A stretch of DNA of 64,000 bases from Lama glama (taxonomy: Eukaryota), in assembly GCA_028534125.1 (NCBI GenBank), contig CM052816.1:21950001-22014000 (forward strand). Direction: 5' to 3'. Position 1 is the first letter of the stretch. Every line of letters starts with the position of its first letter. A program made the translations under genes and the position numbers. This document shows, in pieces, positions 39,915 through 53,114 of the stretch. A model generated the notes under the pieces. The model was given only the letters and a program-made list of their open reading frames with translations, did not search any database and was not told the origin of the DNA.

Positions 39915-40270
39915 TGTTAAGAAAGATTCAATTAATCAAACATTCAATTAACCTAAGAAGGAAAAAAATTTTATTGGAGCCATACTGAGGGTTATAACCT
40001 GGGAGACAAGTTCTCAGAAGTTCTGAGAATAATCCACTTCAGGAGCTAGATACGCAGTTTTATACATTTTTGATACAAAGAGTCATATATCATATTGTCA
40101 GGTTAGAATTACTAAGTTCACCAGAAATGTTTTAGTCAGGTATGCAGGTACAGAATGAGACTTCAGTCAATGTTGACCCCCCTGTACAGGTTGAGAAAGA
40201 AATAATAATATTAAAAATTATAATGCTGGTGCCACACGAAAGGGACCATTTTTCTTAAAGATTGATTACA
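39915..40270 (-). mobile_element. Probable solo ERV LTR
   Basis: TG...CA bounded, with an antisense poly(A) signal (tttatt) near 39970. TSD is not clean. Confidence 0.45.
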
Positions 40271-40413
40271 TTCTCCTTCACTGAGGGAGTCTGGTTAATG
40301 TATAATGCAGATCGCATTGGGAAATGTGTGTTTCAATTCTGATTTGATTGTCCTGCCATAGAGAAATTTTAGATCTATAAGGCATTGTGTATAGAAATGT
40401 ATGTAAAAGTGCG

Positions 40414-40418
40414 CTCTG

Positions 40419-40510
<92 letters not shown>

Positions 40511-40515
40511 ACACA
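40414..40515 (+). repeat. Compound microsatellite (CTCTGT)n(CT)n(CA)n
   Basis: Read directly. It generates the spurious ORFs between 40278 and 40600. Confidence 0.97.
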
Positions 40516-40738
40516 ACTCTAGATCCTTTTCTCCCACCAACTTCCCAGCTGTCCTGTGTCTTCTCTTTACCATTCTGAAGTCATGGCCTTTTGGAACCAA
40601 ACAGCAACAACTTCAGTGGAAGATGGTCTAGTGAGGGGACATGGCACAGTAGACATGGGCCTTCTGTTAGCAAAAATCTGCTTCTGTCCTGGAACTGATG
40701 TATATTTGTCCCTTTCTTCACCTAGCAGATTGCTTCTT

Positions 40739-42175
40739 TTTTTTTTTTTTTTCGAGGGAGATACTGTTTTATTTATTTATTTATTTTAACTTTTTTTTTT
40801 TATTGAGTTATAGTCATTTTACAATGTTGTGTCAAATTACAGAGTAGAGCACAACTTTTCAGTTATACATAAACATACATATATTCATTGTCACATTTTT
40901 TTTCACTGTGAGCTACCACAAGATCTTGTATATATCTCCCTGTGTTATACAGTATAATCTTGTTTATCTGTTCTACATTTTGAAATCCCAGTCTGTCCCT
41001 TCCCACCCCTCACCCCCTGGGCAACCACAAGTTTGTATTCTATGTCTATGAGTCTGTTTCTGTTTTGTATTTATGTTTTCTCTTTTTTTTTTTTTTTTAG
41101 ATTCCACATATGAGTGATCTGATATGGTATTTTTCTTTCTCTTTCTGGCTTACTTCACTTAGAATGACATTCTCCAGGAACATCCATGTTGCTGCAAATA
41201 GTGTTATGTTGTANNNNNNNNNNNNNNNNNNNNNNNNNNNNNNNNNNNNNNNNNNNNNNNNNNNNNNNNNNNNNNNNNNNNNNNNNNNNNNNNNNNNNNN
41301 NNNNNNNNNNNNNNNNNNNNNNNNNNNNNNNNNNNNNNNNNNNNNNNNNNNNNNNNNNNNNNNNNNNNNNNNNNNNNNNNNNNNNNNNNNNNNNNNNNNN
41401 NNNNNNNNNNNNNNNNNNNNNNNNNNNNNNNNNNNNNNNNNNNNNNNNNNNNNNNNNNNNNNNNNNNNNNNNNNNNNNNNNNNNNNNNNNNNNNNNNNNN
41501 NNNNNNNNNNNNNNNNNNNNNNNNNNNNNNNNNNNNNNNNNNNNNNNNNNNNNNNNNNNNNNNNNNNNNNNNNNNNNNNNNNNNNNNNNNNNNNNNNNNN
41601 NNNNNNNNNNNNNNNNNNNNNNNNNNNNNNNNNNNNNNNNNNNNNNNNNNNNNNNNNNNNNNNNNNNNNNNNNNNNNNNNNNNNNNNNNNNNNNNNNNNN
41701 NNNNNNNNNNNNNGTATAAATATACCACATCTTTATCTAGTCATCTGTCGATAGACATTTAGGCTATTTCCATGTCTTGGCTATTGTAAATAGTGCTGCT
41801 GTGAACATTGGGGTGCAGATGTCATTTTGAAGTAGGGTTCCTTCTGGATATATGCCCAGGAGCGGGATTCCTGGGTCATATGCTAAGTCTGTTCCTAGTC
41901 TTTTGAGGAATCTCCATACTGTTTTCCACAGTGGCTGCACCAAACTGCATTCCCACCAGCAGTGTAGGAGGGTTCCCTTTTCTCCACAGCCTCTCCAGCA
42001 TTTGTCATTTTTGGATTTCTGAACGACGGCCATTCTGACTGGTGTGAGGTGATACCTCATTGTAGTTTTGATTTGCATGTCTCTGATAATTAGTGATATT
42101 GAGCATTTTTTCACATGCCTATTGATCATTTGTATTTCTTCCTTGGAGAATTGCTTGTTTAGGTCTTTTTCCCAT
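40739..42175 (-). mobile_element. Young 5'-truncated L1 with 16-bp TSD, spanning the N gap
   Basis: ORF 41764..42129 is an uninterrupted L1 ORF2 C-terminal stretch. TSD tagcagattgcttctt at 40723-40738 and 42176-42191. Confidence 0.93.
41214..41713. other. Assembly gap (500 N)
   Basis: Run of n characters. Confidence 1.
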
Positions 42176-42344
42176 TAGCAGATTGCTTCTTGATTCAGAG
42201 ATTAGGCATACACAGTTACCTGAACCTGGAATGTCTTTCTAGCCCTCCCATTCTTCTTTCACCTTCACTCCTGTGCTTTTTTGTAGTCCTAGCTTTAATG
42301 TCACTACCTTGATCTGTTAGACTAAGTTAAGTCCTTTCTTGGGC

Positions 42345-42510
42345 AGTGCACTTAAACATCGTTGCTTCTTAACCCCTTCATCAGTAAAATGGGGATAATA
42401 ATAGAACCTACTTCATAGACTTGTTGTGAGGAATAAGGAGTAAATATATGTAAAACTGAGTAGTACCTGACCACATGCTAGTGAGTTAGCCGTTGTTGTC
42501 ATTATTATTA
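42345..42510 (+). mobile_element. MIR SINE
   Basis: cttcatcagtaaaatggggataataatagaacctacttcatagacttgttgtgagga. Confidence 0.85.
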
Positions 42511-44367
42511 CTTTTATTAGACTTAATTGAAATATGTATTTAATCATACATATTTATCTAACTTAATTGTTAAATGTCTCTTTCCCCTGTTAGATTGTTA
42601 GTTCCCCAAAGGAAAGAACTGTTTTATTCACTTCTATTCCCTAGTGCTTAGTACACATAGTACTCAGTTTTGTTGACTGGTAACGGTGGTTTGCAATAGT
42701 AGATAAGTCAGGCCAACTGAATTTTGATTCTAAATATAGACTCACTAGCTCTTGTAACTTTTGTGAAGTTAACCTCTTTAGGCTTCAGGTTTTTCTTCAG
42801 TAAAATTGGGTTATAACATCTACTGTTTATTTATTTATATTTATAGAGTTTATATAAAATATGCTTAAGTTATTTATAGAAAACATACTTGAGAAGCTAG
42901 CATTTTGTTTGTGATCAGTAAGTAGCAAAGTTACTAAGATGTGGCCAAGACTATCAGGCCTAAAAATACTGATATATTTAGTGAGTGCTTAAATGAAATA
43001 ATATAAATGCAAATATCTAGTTAAGGTCTTGACTCCAGAGTAGACATTGTTATTTTAAATTCCCACTTTAACTGTTTTCTTATAATATTTATAACTACAA
43101 ATCAGAAAGCATGTGCTAGTTCTAAACAGTGTATAGGGGCACCTTTTTATGTATTTTTATGTAAGTGTATAGTGAGAGACATACATGCATACACTGCTCT
43201 TATGTGTCACAAGTAACCTACCCATTACGTAGGGTTTTTTTTCCCCTATTCACAGGTTAGAGAGGTCAGGTAACTTGCCCAGAAAACCAGGAGTTATTTA
43301 AATTCAGGCCTATTTAGTTTTAAAGCCCTTGTTCTTTTTACCTTACTGTGCTGTCTTTTTACGTTTTGGTTAGAGATGATTTTGGAATTACCACATGTTC
43401 TCTTCTTTTACAATGCCTTTGGTGATAGTGGCAACTATAAAACAATTAGTCTTCAAAAAATTGTGATTTCAGTCAGATTATTTCTTCTCAAAGCCTACCT
43501 GAGGTCTGTTATATGGAAGAATGAACATACTGGTATCTGTGATAAAGCATTCCAATAGTTTTAGGAGTACAAAGACCTTGGTGGATTGCAACTTTACTGG
43601 TTGTGAACAGTGAAAGCTCTAGAATCTGTTGAGTACGGGGAGGAGAAGAAGAGTCATAAAGAAAAAAATAGAAATAGATTCTTCTCTACTGGACAGCACA
43701 ACTTTCTGGTCCTAAGCTCAGCTCTTATTAAAAATTTAACCGTTCAGTGCATGGATACATTCTCGTTTCAAAAGATTAAACTTATATGTATGTATGTACA
43801 GTAAAGTGTCTCTCATTTGCATTTTTCCTCCTATTCTTACATTTTTTCCTAAAAGTTTTTTCCATAAAAATTTTACTTAAATTAGCTTGTAGTGGGTTTA
43901 TTATATTTAAATGAATTAATAAATATTTTAAAATTTCTCCATTTTAATTTCTTATATGGGAAAAATATTAATACATAAAACATAAACAAAAAGGCCTTTG
44001 GGGTCCTCAGTAATTTTTAAGAGCATGAAGAGGTTTTTAGATCAAATAATTTGAAAACTGCTGCAGTATATTACTAAGTCACTAACAATGAACATTGTGC
44101 CAGACCATTGTGAATATAGAAAAATTCCCATGATTAAATAATTTTGGTGAGAAAAACACAGTAAAAAGCTCCACAAAATTATAGTTATGAAACAAGGAAT
44201 AGAAAACAGTACTGGAAAAAATACAGTAAAATGCAAATACTCTTATATTAGGGTTATATTATTTTGAATTTTATTTCATCCATGGTTTTTCCAAAGATTT
44301 TTTATGCTATAATTTATATGTGGTGGAAAATCTGTTAAAATATGAATGGGAATAATCTGTCTTTCAG

Positions 44368-44502
44368 AAACTCTGTACTGATGCTCAAGTTAAAGTCTTT
44401 GGGAAATGTTGCCAGCTGAAACCTGGAGGAGACAGTTCTTCCTCTTTGGATAGTTCCATGACTTCATCTTCTGATGTAAAAGACCAGTGTGCTAAGTACC
44501 AG
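44368..44502 (+). CDS. FNIP1: FNIP1 coding exon 3 (135 nt, phase 0 to 0)
   Basis: ctttcag|AAA and CAG|gtcag. Translates [45 protein letters not shown]. Confidence 0.96.
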
Positions 44503-47500
44503 GTCAGATCACTGATGTCATTTATTTGTTCATTCACAAATATTTTTGAGTACCTACAGTGTATTGTGTACAATCCTAGGGACTGAGGGTAAAATGTGGA
44601 TTAGTCCTTACCTTCCTGGAACTTACAATGTAGCTGGGGAAACAGATAATTAAACACGTAAGTTTATTAACTTCGATAAATCTTAGGATAGGGGAAGTAC
44701 AGAGAGTTTTGGGCACAGGTAGCAGGGGTATTTTGTCTTTATTTCCTATTTCATATTTTTGGGGCTACCAGAATAATTTCTTATTTTATAGACTATTTCA
44801 TTATTGAAATATGAAGATTAATACAAAATGAAACAGTTTAAGATTAAAATGTGGCTGAAGTATATGCTATGAGAAATGCACAGTTTCATTTTTCAAAAGT
44901 AATGTAGCTCTTTTAAAACACAGAATTAAACAAATCAGTAACTACGTAGGAACTTCTCTATAAACTTGTATTTTACATAGAATCAGTGCTTGGTTTCATA
45001 CTTAGCAAATGTCATCTGATGTGAATTTATTTGTATTATCCAAGTTTGCATGAACGAATCACAAATATTTTATGATTAGCAGTACCAAAATAGAATCCTA
45101 GACTTCTAAATTATTCATAATAGGTAATTATATTTGGATAGGAATTGACCCTGATACCATATAAGTGTGGCAGTATATGTGAAAGAACTCTAAAGTTATA
45201 GAAATCCAGATATTAGTCTGTCCTATGTAGTTGCCCTGCCCTCCTCTGTTTCTCCTCCACCTTAGGCATGATACCCTGGTAAGTTCCTAATAGTACTGTG
45301 TAACATCATCACACTTATGCCAATTCGGAAGTTCTCCAATTTGATCAATTGTACAAACTTGCCATTCTTCCTATTATTATGCAGTGAAGTATGAGTGTTA
45401 GCAGATGCACCCAGATTGTAGAAACCCAGAAGCAGGAAGTGATTATAATTCTTATTTTGCGTTAAAATCCGTAGAGTTTTTTTTTTTTAAGTAAAAATTC
45501 CCAGGCTGTGTATCCAGATATTCTGATAGTAGGTTCATTATCATCCTGTAAATCCTGTTTTTTAGGAAGAAGGCATTGAATTATTGTAGCATACAGTTTA
45601 CTACACTTGATAAGTTGTGATTTCAAGTAACTAGGACATTATCCTTGATTTACAGAATATTACAGATTATTGCTCCCAGCAGTGAGTACTTAGAAAGAAC
45701 TGACTTTTTAAGAGCCTTTAAAAAAAAAACACATTAAATATAATAGCACTTTCTTTATTATTATCTTCATTGTAGATTGTATCATATTAAAATATTCGTA
45801 ACATTAGTGACATTCATGATAACTATTTGGTATAAGAGCAGGCAGAGAGAACCTTTAATAGCAAACTATGTAGTTTGATAAAATTTGAATACCAATTTTA
45901 CTGTATTTTGCATTCTAAGGATTCTTTTTTTACTTATAGTGTTAAAATATATAAATGCCTTGATATTTAAATTTGTGTAGCTTGTTTAATATATGAAATA
46001 ATATTTTTAGTCAAAATAAGAATGCAATTAGATACACTGTAAAAAAAAATGAGCTTATAAAAGAAAGTTCTCATTCTGTCATTATCCAGAAGCAATTTAG
46101 GTTGCCAAGTAAGATTGGCATTATTGATCTTAAAAGAAAAACAGACTACTTCATTATTCAGAAAATTATTCTACTATGTTTCTGAAATATTATCCTTAAT
46201 ACCTAAACTTCTATGCCTGGAAATAAAAATTTTGTCTTAACCAAATCCCAAGAATAGATGAGTTGCTTCTTTTTAGTAACCTAGGTATATCAGAAGTGAT
46301 TTTTTTTCCTTAAAAAATAACTGGGCCTTTATTAAAACAAAATTAAGACTACAGCACTGAGAAATAAAAAACAATATGTAAATGAATATATAAAAGAACT
46401 AATGTTAAAAATAGTTACATATAATAAAATGAATTGCTATTTGAACATGTTCTTTTTAAGAAAGGTGACAAAATGTAAATATATAGATTTTTTTTTTAAT
46501 CCAAGGCGGGCAGTAAACAAGCACAAGAGTAGACGAACCATGTTATAAAAAGAAAAATAGTATGTAGACGTATTCCCTGGCCTCCACTAGAAAATAGGTG
46601 TCCTCATCACATTATTGTTATCTTCAGAAGAATCTTTTAAGCATTTTTAAAAAACTCCTAATTCTTGATTTTCTTTGATGGAATGGTTTAGTGAAATTTG
46701 TGCATAATCCTCATTTACTGTCTTAGATAGTTATTTAGGTCATCTTCCTTGTCAATTGTTTTGTTACATAATTGTATCAGCTAGGACTTGCATTGGGACA
46801 CCCTCTGAAACAGTGGCTTAAACAAATTCGGGATTATTTTCTTCATATAACAAGTCTGGAGGTAGGCCATCTAGGCATATATATGGGCTTCAAGATCAGC
46901 TTAGAGACCAAGGTTTCTTTATCTTTCTACTTAGCAAGAGTTAGTGTGTACATACTTGTTGCCTTGTGGTCCTAATATGCCATCTTCATCTCCAAGGACA
47001 CACTTACATCCCATTGACCAGGCCTGTGTTGCGTAGATTTAAATGGATAGCTTTGGAAGCAGCCTCTCCAGCCATTGGTTTACTTCTTTGATATAGAGAC
47101 TGACTCTAAATCTCTTTTTTCCGAGAGAAACTCTGAAATGCAATCTTTTTTTTCAGTTGGGCACATTGCTTCCCTGAAACAAATTGAACTTCGAAAAATA
47201 AGGAATAAGATATTTAGTAGGTAACCAGTGGTATTTATCACAGTATCTAAATAATAACCAAATGGATGAGTTAATTTTTAGATTTTTTGACACTTAGGAG
47301 GACAATTAAACAATAATGGAAAGGAATAACTTTTTAATCAGAGTGCTTTGCAAATAAGACATTCTAATGTTTAAGGCAAGTCCTTTTTTAAAAAAATGTA
47401 AAATATGTCCAAGTTACCCCATTTGTGAATGCTTTCTTTGCACAATAGGGGTGGTAAAATCTGTTCTTCACGTTAAGTGGATTCTACTTCTTGCTATCTT

Positions 47501-47865
47501 TCCTGGAGAAGCATTGCATATGCATAAGATAGTTAAGAATGTTCATTTGAGCATTATCTTTGTAGTAGCAAAAACCAGAAAGTGACTTAAATGCCCGTAG
47601 GTAAGGAGAACTGGCTTGATAAACTGTGGTATTTTCATACAGTAGAATACTGTGCAACTCTTAAAAGGAGTCTGTGAATAACCATGTGGTTAGATCTGTA
47701 AGACATTGTGAAATGAAGAAAGTCAAGCTGCAGAACAGTGTATACAATGTAGAATCACTTAAAAAACATACAGAATAACTACAGCAAAGGAATTTTTGAT
47801 AAAAATCAGTATTTGAAATAGGTTTTAAATTCTGCAGTTTTGTTAATGTTACGCTTATTGTTTAG

Positions 47866-47966
47866 GGTTCTCGGTGCTCTTCTGATGCCAATATGCTTGG
47901 AGAGATGATGTTTGGCTCGGTAGCAATGAGCTACAAAGGATCCACCTTAAAAATTCATCAGATCCG
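47866..47966 (+). CDS. FNIP1: FNIP1 coding exon 4 (101 nt)
   Basis: tttag|GGT and CG|gtgag. Translates [34 protein letters not shown], containing the conserved FNIP/Lst4-family GEMMFGS motif. Confidence 0.97.
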
Positions 47967-48129
47967 GTGAGGGATTTTCTGATTTTTGTTATTGGATTTT
48001 TTAGGATTTTTAGTTTTTATGGCTATTGTATCTATACTGTGACATCTCTGAGTTATACTTTATGATAAATTGAAAAGGCTCTTGTACATTAGTTTTGATC
48101 TCTCTCTGTCCCTCTCTTTTTCTTCATAG

Positions 48130-48204
48130 TTCTCCTCCACAGCTTATGCTCAGCAAAGTTTTTACTGCACGGACTGGCAGCAGTATCTGTGGAAGTCTCA
48201 ATAC
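48130..48204 (+). CDS. FNIP1: FNIP1 coding exon 5 (75 nt, phase 2 to 2)
   Basis: Long pyrimidine tract, catag|T and AC|gtaagt. Translates [25 protein letters not shown]. Confidence 0.97.
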
Positions 48205-48341
48205 GTAAGTAGTTATGGATGAAAGGAGAAATGAACTATTTAAGATTTGCACAGTATGAAAACGAATACACTGCTCTCAGGATTGCAGCATAAATTCAGA
48301 TTTTTTTCTGTCCCTTAAGTTTGAAAGTTTATGGAGGCTAG

Positions 48342-48920
48342 ATTTTTTTCTCCCAAGCTTCACTGAGATATGATTGACATATACCATTGTGTAAGTTTAA
48401 AGTGTTTAGTGTGTTGATTTGATATATTTATATATTGCAAAATGATTACTGACATAGCCTTTGCTAAACTCACTATCTTGTCACATAATTACCATTTCCT
48501 TTTTGTGGTGAGAACATTAAAATTTACTTTCTTAGCAACTTTTAACTATACGGTACAGTATTATTATTTATAATTAGCTTACTGTACATTAGATACGCAA
48601 AACTTGTTAATCTTATAACTGAAAGTTTGTACCCTAGGACCATTATGTCTCCATTTCCCCCACTCCCATTCCCTGGTAACCACCACTTGGCTCTCTGTTT
48701 CTCTGAATTCAGCTTTTCTTAGATTCCATGTATAAGTGATATTATATGGTGTTTGTCTTTCTCTTTCTGAATTATTTCACTTAGTATAATGCCCTCAGGT
48801 TCCATCCATGTTGTTGCAAATCGCAGGACTTCCCTTTTTTTTCGTGGCTGAATAGCATTCTGTTGTCTATAAATGTGACAGTCTTTTTTATCCATTCATC
48901 TGTTGACAGACATTTGGATG
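48342..48920 (-). mobile_element. L1MA-like 3' UTR in intron 5
   Basis: actgagatatgattgacatat...ctggtaaccacc...ttagattccatgtataagtgatatt. Confidence 0.85.
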
Positions 48921-49151
48921 TGACTGTATTCTAATAAAACTTTATTTACAAAAACAGGTAGCAGGTTGAATTTAACATTCAGACTGTAGTTTGCCAACCT
49001 CTGATTTAAATGATTAGTTGGCTTAATAGTACTAATAGAGAAACTTAAAACTTAAAGTGTTTTGCATTTAAAATTTTGTTGAGATATACAAAGAATTGCT
49101 ATTAAGAGCATAAAGTGAATTTGGAATTTATTTTTATCTCCTCCCCTCTAG

Positions 49152-49243
49152 GCTGCAGGACAGTCTTGAATTCATCAATCAGGACAACAGTACATTAAAG
49201 GCTGACAATAACACAGTTATTAATGGACTACTTGGAAATATAG
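49152..49243 (+). CDS. FNIP1: FNIP1 coding exon 6 (92 nt, ends phase 1)
   Basis: cctctag|G and ATAG|gtaaat. Translates [30 protein letters not shown](G). Confidence 0.96.
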
Positions 49244-50414
49244 GTAAATTGATTTTATAAGTTTTTTAAATGTTCTTAATAACTTAGATCTGTTAGAAGA
49301 CCAAAGAATTTAAAATACTAGAAATATAAAAGGGATTTAAATTGCAGGTATGTGTAATATTTGTGTTATTTGAAAAATATGATTTTCATATATCTGAACA
49401 AACATTTATTTTGTATCTGTAACGATTGAAATGCTGAAGAAATATCTAATTTGGTTTTTATTTTTAATTTTGATGCATCTTTGGAAGGCACTTTTGTTGA
49501 TATAAAATGCTCTTACTACCTCTCTTGACTATTTCAGCTGAGGAAGACCAGTATTAAACTTTCTCCCTCTCTCTTCTCTAATCATAAAAGTAATTTTAAA
49601 ATGGTGCTCATTTTTGTGGCCTATAATTCAGATGAGCACATATTCAAATTTGGTATTCCTTAAAATGTTTATTGAAAAACTTACTTAGTAATTTTGTTAG
49701 TTTATTGTTTTTGTTACTTCAGTTTAACATTTTAAAGTGACAAACTATTTCTGAAGTTTCTGGTCCTTTGTTTTATCATAGAAAGATTAACTAAATTGCT
49801 GCTGACTGTATTTCCAGGAATGGTAGTGTGTCAGAGTGTGGACAGCAGTCAAAATAGGATAAATATTCTGCTCACATTCTTGTTTAGTGAAAATTTTTAT
49901 TTGTAATTAATTTTAATAACTAAATATTAAATATTTTAGTAGAAAACAGTTTTTCCCCCACCTTTAACAGTATAGCATTCTATGTTTTTTATAATTCATG
50001 TTTATTCAAATAGCAACCATTTATTAAATACCTACTGTGGGCTGGTTACAGTGTCAGCCATGTACTTTAGAAAGTGTGTATTTTATAGAAAAATGAAAGT
50101 TTTGCTTTTTCTTCTCATTTGATTAGTTATTTCATTTGTTTTAATGAAATAAAAATGTGACAGAAATAACAATCTTTTTTCTTTATAATTTGGTACTTTT
50201 CTAAGCTAAAAGGACTTATTAAAAGCTATGTATTTTAATAGTAGAAATCTATGATCATATATAAAGGTAAAGTACACTACAGATGCTAAATATACCCATC
50301 TTCTCTGTTTTAATATAGAATAGGAAAATAATGCATTTAACAAAGCACAGACTTCAAATAATGAAAGGCTTTTATTTGCACATTCTTAATTGTGCATCAA
50401 GGATATTTGAGCAC

Positions 50415-50496
50415 TCTACACTGGAATTTGACACATTGTAAAATGACTGTAACTCAATAAAAAATGTTAAAAAAATGATAACAGTAAAAGAAAAAA
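50415..50496 (+). mobile_element. Extremely 5'-truncated young L1 (~82 bp) with 16-bp TSD
   Basis: tctacactggaatttgacacattgtaaaatgactgtaactcaataaa matches the 3' tip of the L1 at ~11795-11845. TSD aaggatatttgagcac at 50399-50414 and 50497-50512. Confidence 0.9.
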
Positions 50497-50993
50497 AAGG
50501 ATATTTGAGCACCATTTCTTACTTTCTTTAAATGAACCAGACATAATTCCTGCCTCAGTTGATTTATAGTTAGTGAAAGTCAGACAGGTAACACAACACA
50601 GTATATGGCTGCAGCATACTGTAGTTAATTCTTGTACAAGTTTAAAAGCATGATGTGATAGAAATGAGGAGCGCCTAATTTAGTCTTGGCGTGTCAGAAG
50701 AGTCTTCCTTAAAGAAATGAGACATAAACTTGAAGAATTAGCCCGATGGTTGGGGAAAGAAATGTTCTAGGAAAAAGCAATAGCATGTGCATAGACCTAA
50801 GGGCAAGAGTTCACTGAGTGTGGAAAGAAAGTGAATAAATCCGTGTGGATGGAGCACAGTGTTGATATGAGTAAAGAAAGTGAAAAGAAATAAAGAAATG
50901 AACAAGGGCCAGGTCATGAACAGCATTGTGGGCCCCACAATTCCATAAGGAATGTGGACTTATGCTTTGAGCAGTTGGGTACCAGTGAGGGTA

Positions 50994-51446
50994 TGTTAGT
51001 TAGGGTCCTCCACCTGTTTTTTAACAGGTACTAAGACAGGGTTAAACATGCAGGGATTTTATTATGACTGTGAGAGAGATGAGAAAGAGAGCTGGGAAGG
51101 GTCGAGAAGGTCCTCAGATTGTGGTGCAAATCTGACCTTGAGTGAAAGAAGCAAAAGGTTGAGTGGACATATCCCAGCCTGCCACGTGCTCCCGGGAAGG
51201 TTTGATAAGGCCATGGATGAATCTTTGAGTGAAGGTTGGTTGTCAGAAGTGACCCATGTCTTGCCAAAATGGACCAGCCTGTCTTACTATACCTGCTGTG
51301 TTCAGTCATTGGCTAGGAGCAGCTTATGGGATATGTGGCCTTGCACAAATTTGGCAGTGAATTTAAGTACACAGCAGCTGGGGCACTTGGTCATTTGCAG
51401 ATCTTATAGCTGGAGAGCTTTGTGATGCTTTCTCAAGGCCACCACA
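50994..51446. mobile_element. MaLR (MLT1-like) LTR nested in L2 sequence
   Basis: tgttagttagggtcctcc...ggccaccaca ends, with internal tgttcagtcattggctaggagcag. Confidence 0.65.
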
Positions 51447-52659
51447 AAGAAGTTTTCAGAACATAGAAACATGATCAAATCAGATTTGTATCTGCCAAAG
51501 AACATTCTAATTACATGAGCCAGTGGGATTGAGGAAAGATCCACATTAGAAGGCTGCTTATGATGATCAAAATGACAGATAATGGGGACCTAGAGTAAGA
51601 TTGGGTCAGTGAGGATAAAGAGTTGTTGAGAGAAATAGAGTGAACAGGACTTGGCAAATAGAAGAGGTGAGGGGAAAGTGTGAATCAAGGGTGGCACTTA
51701 GCTATCTGGTTGTGTAATTGCATGGATGTTGGTTCCATTCACTGGTAGAAACATAAGAAATGGAGAACTGATGATTTTAGGTTTAGCCATGTTGAATTGG
51801 AAGTACTGGTAGGATATCCAAGTGAAGATATCCATTATACTTAGGGAGATAGATGTATTGTGGTGGTAGCTGCTATAACATTAAAGTTAATGAATGTATA
51901 ATAATTTTAAAACAATAAGAGGTTTTTTTCTCACTCATGTGAAGTCCAAAAGGGTGTTACTCATTGATAAGCAGTTTTCCTTAAAGCAGTGTTTTAGAGG
52001 TCCAGTTTCTTTCCTTCTTGGAGTTCTGCCTTCTTAAGCATGCAGACTCCAAGGCTGTGCTCAGCTGCACCAAGCCAGTGGAAAGGGATTGCATATATCC
52101 ACTTCAAAACCACCTCAGCTTGAAAGTGATAACACTTTTGTTTACATTCCATTGTTGGTAACTAATCCTATGGCTTCACCTATGTATAAGGAAATTTGAG
52201 AAATACAGTCCCTAGCTGGATAGCTGCTTCCGAGAGACTGCTTCATACTATGAAAGGGAGAACACAATTATTTTTTAGATTACTAGCTGTTTCTACTATG
52301 AATTTGAGAATTATTAGCATACAAATGATAATCTAAAGTATAAGAATTAATGAGAAGGAAATATTGTTGAGGATGGGATCCTGGGGAATGCTACCTTTAA
52401 AGAAGGAGTAGAGGGAGAGAAGCGTGTAAAGGAGCCTGAGGGGGAAAAAAAACTTAGAATGTGTTAAGAGAACTGAGGGAGAAAAATTCAAAGTGTAATG
52501 TAATCAGCATCAAATATAATGTAAGGTAATATAAGATAGTATGGACTGTACTAGGCAGCAGGAAGGCTTTTGGTGGCCTATGTGAGCAGTTTCAGAGGGG
52601 AGAATAGAAGCTAGAGTTGAGGAAAGACTCAGAGGTTAGTCTTTTTTCCAAGATGTAAG

Positions 52660-53114
52660 CAGTGGTCCTCAAATTTTTGATCTCAGGACCCCTTTACACA
52701 CAGAAATTATTGAAGACCACAGAGAGCTTTTGTGTATGTAGGTTACATTTGTTGACATATACTCTATTAGTAATTAACATTCAGAAAATTTAAAAAGTAT
52801 TTACTAATTCATTACAAAATAACACTAATGACCCCTTGCATGTTAATATAAATAACATGTTTTGAAATAACTATTTTCTAAGAGAGAAAAACTTAGAAGA
52901 GTGGCATTGCTTTATAGTTTTGCAGATCTTTTTAATGTCTGACTTTATAGAAAACAGCTGGGTTCTCATATTTGCTTCTGCTTTCAGTCTCTTATAATAT
53001 GTTGTTTTGGTTGAAGTGTGTTAAGAAACCTAGTCTTACATAGATACATAGAAAAGCAACGTCCTCACAGACCCACTGAAAGGGTTGCCTTGCACCACAT
53101 TTTAAGAACTACTG
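52660..53114. mobile_element. Charlie1-like hAT DNA transposon deletion derivative
   Basis: TIRs cagtggtcctcaaa and tttaagaactactg, with internal tctcaggacccctttacac. Confidence 0.8.

Noticed and set aside
40278..40600. CVCVCV/ERERER and LSLS/HTHT ORFs
   Set aside because: Translations of the microsatellite.
41110..41754. Longest ORFs in the track (174-214 aa)
   Set aside because: Artefacts of translating the N gap.
51133..51141. Perfect ERR response element TGACCTTGA
   Set aside because: A single 9-mer inside an old LTR. One occurrence in 64 kb is compatible with chance.
51048..51425. 125-aa ORF in intron 6, and 19701..20072 (123 aa)
   Set aside because: Both lie mostly within old LTRs, resemble no protein I recognise and have no supporting splice context.
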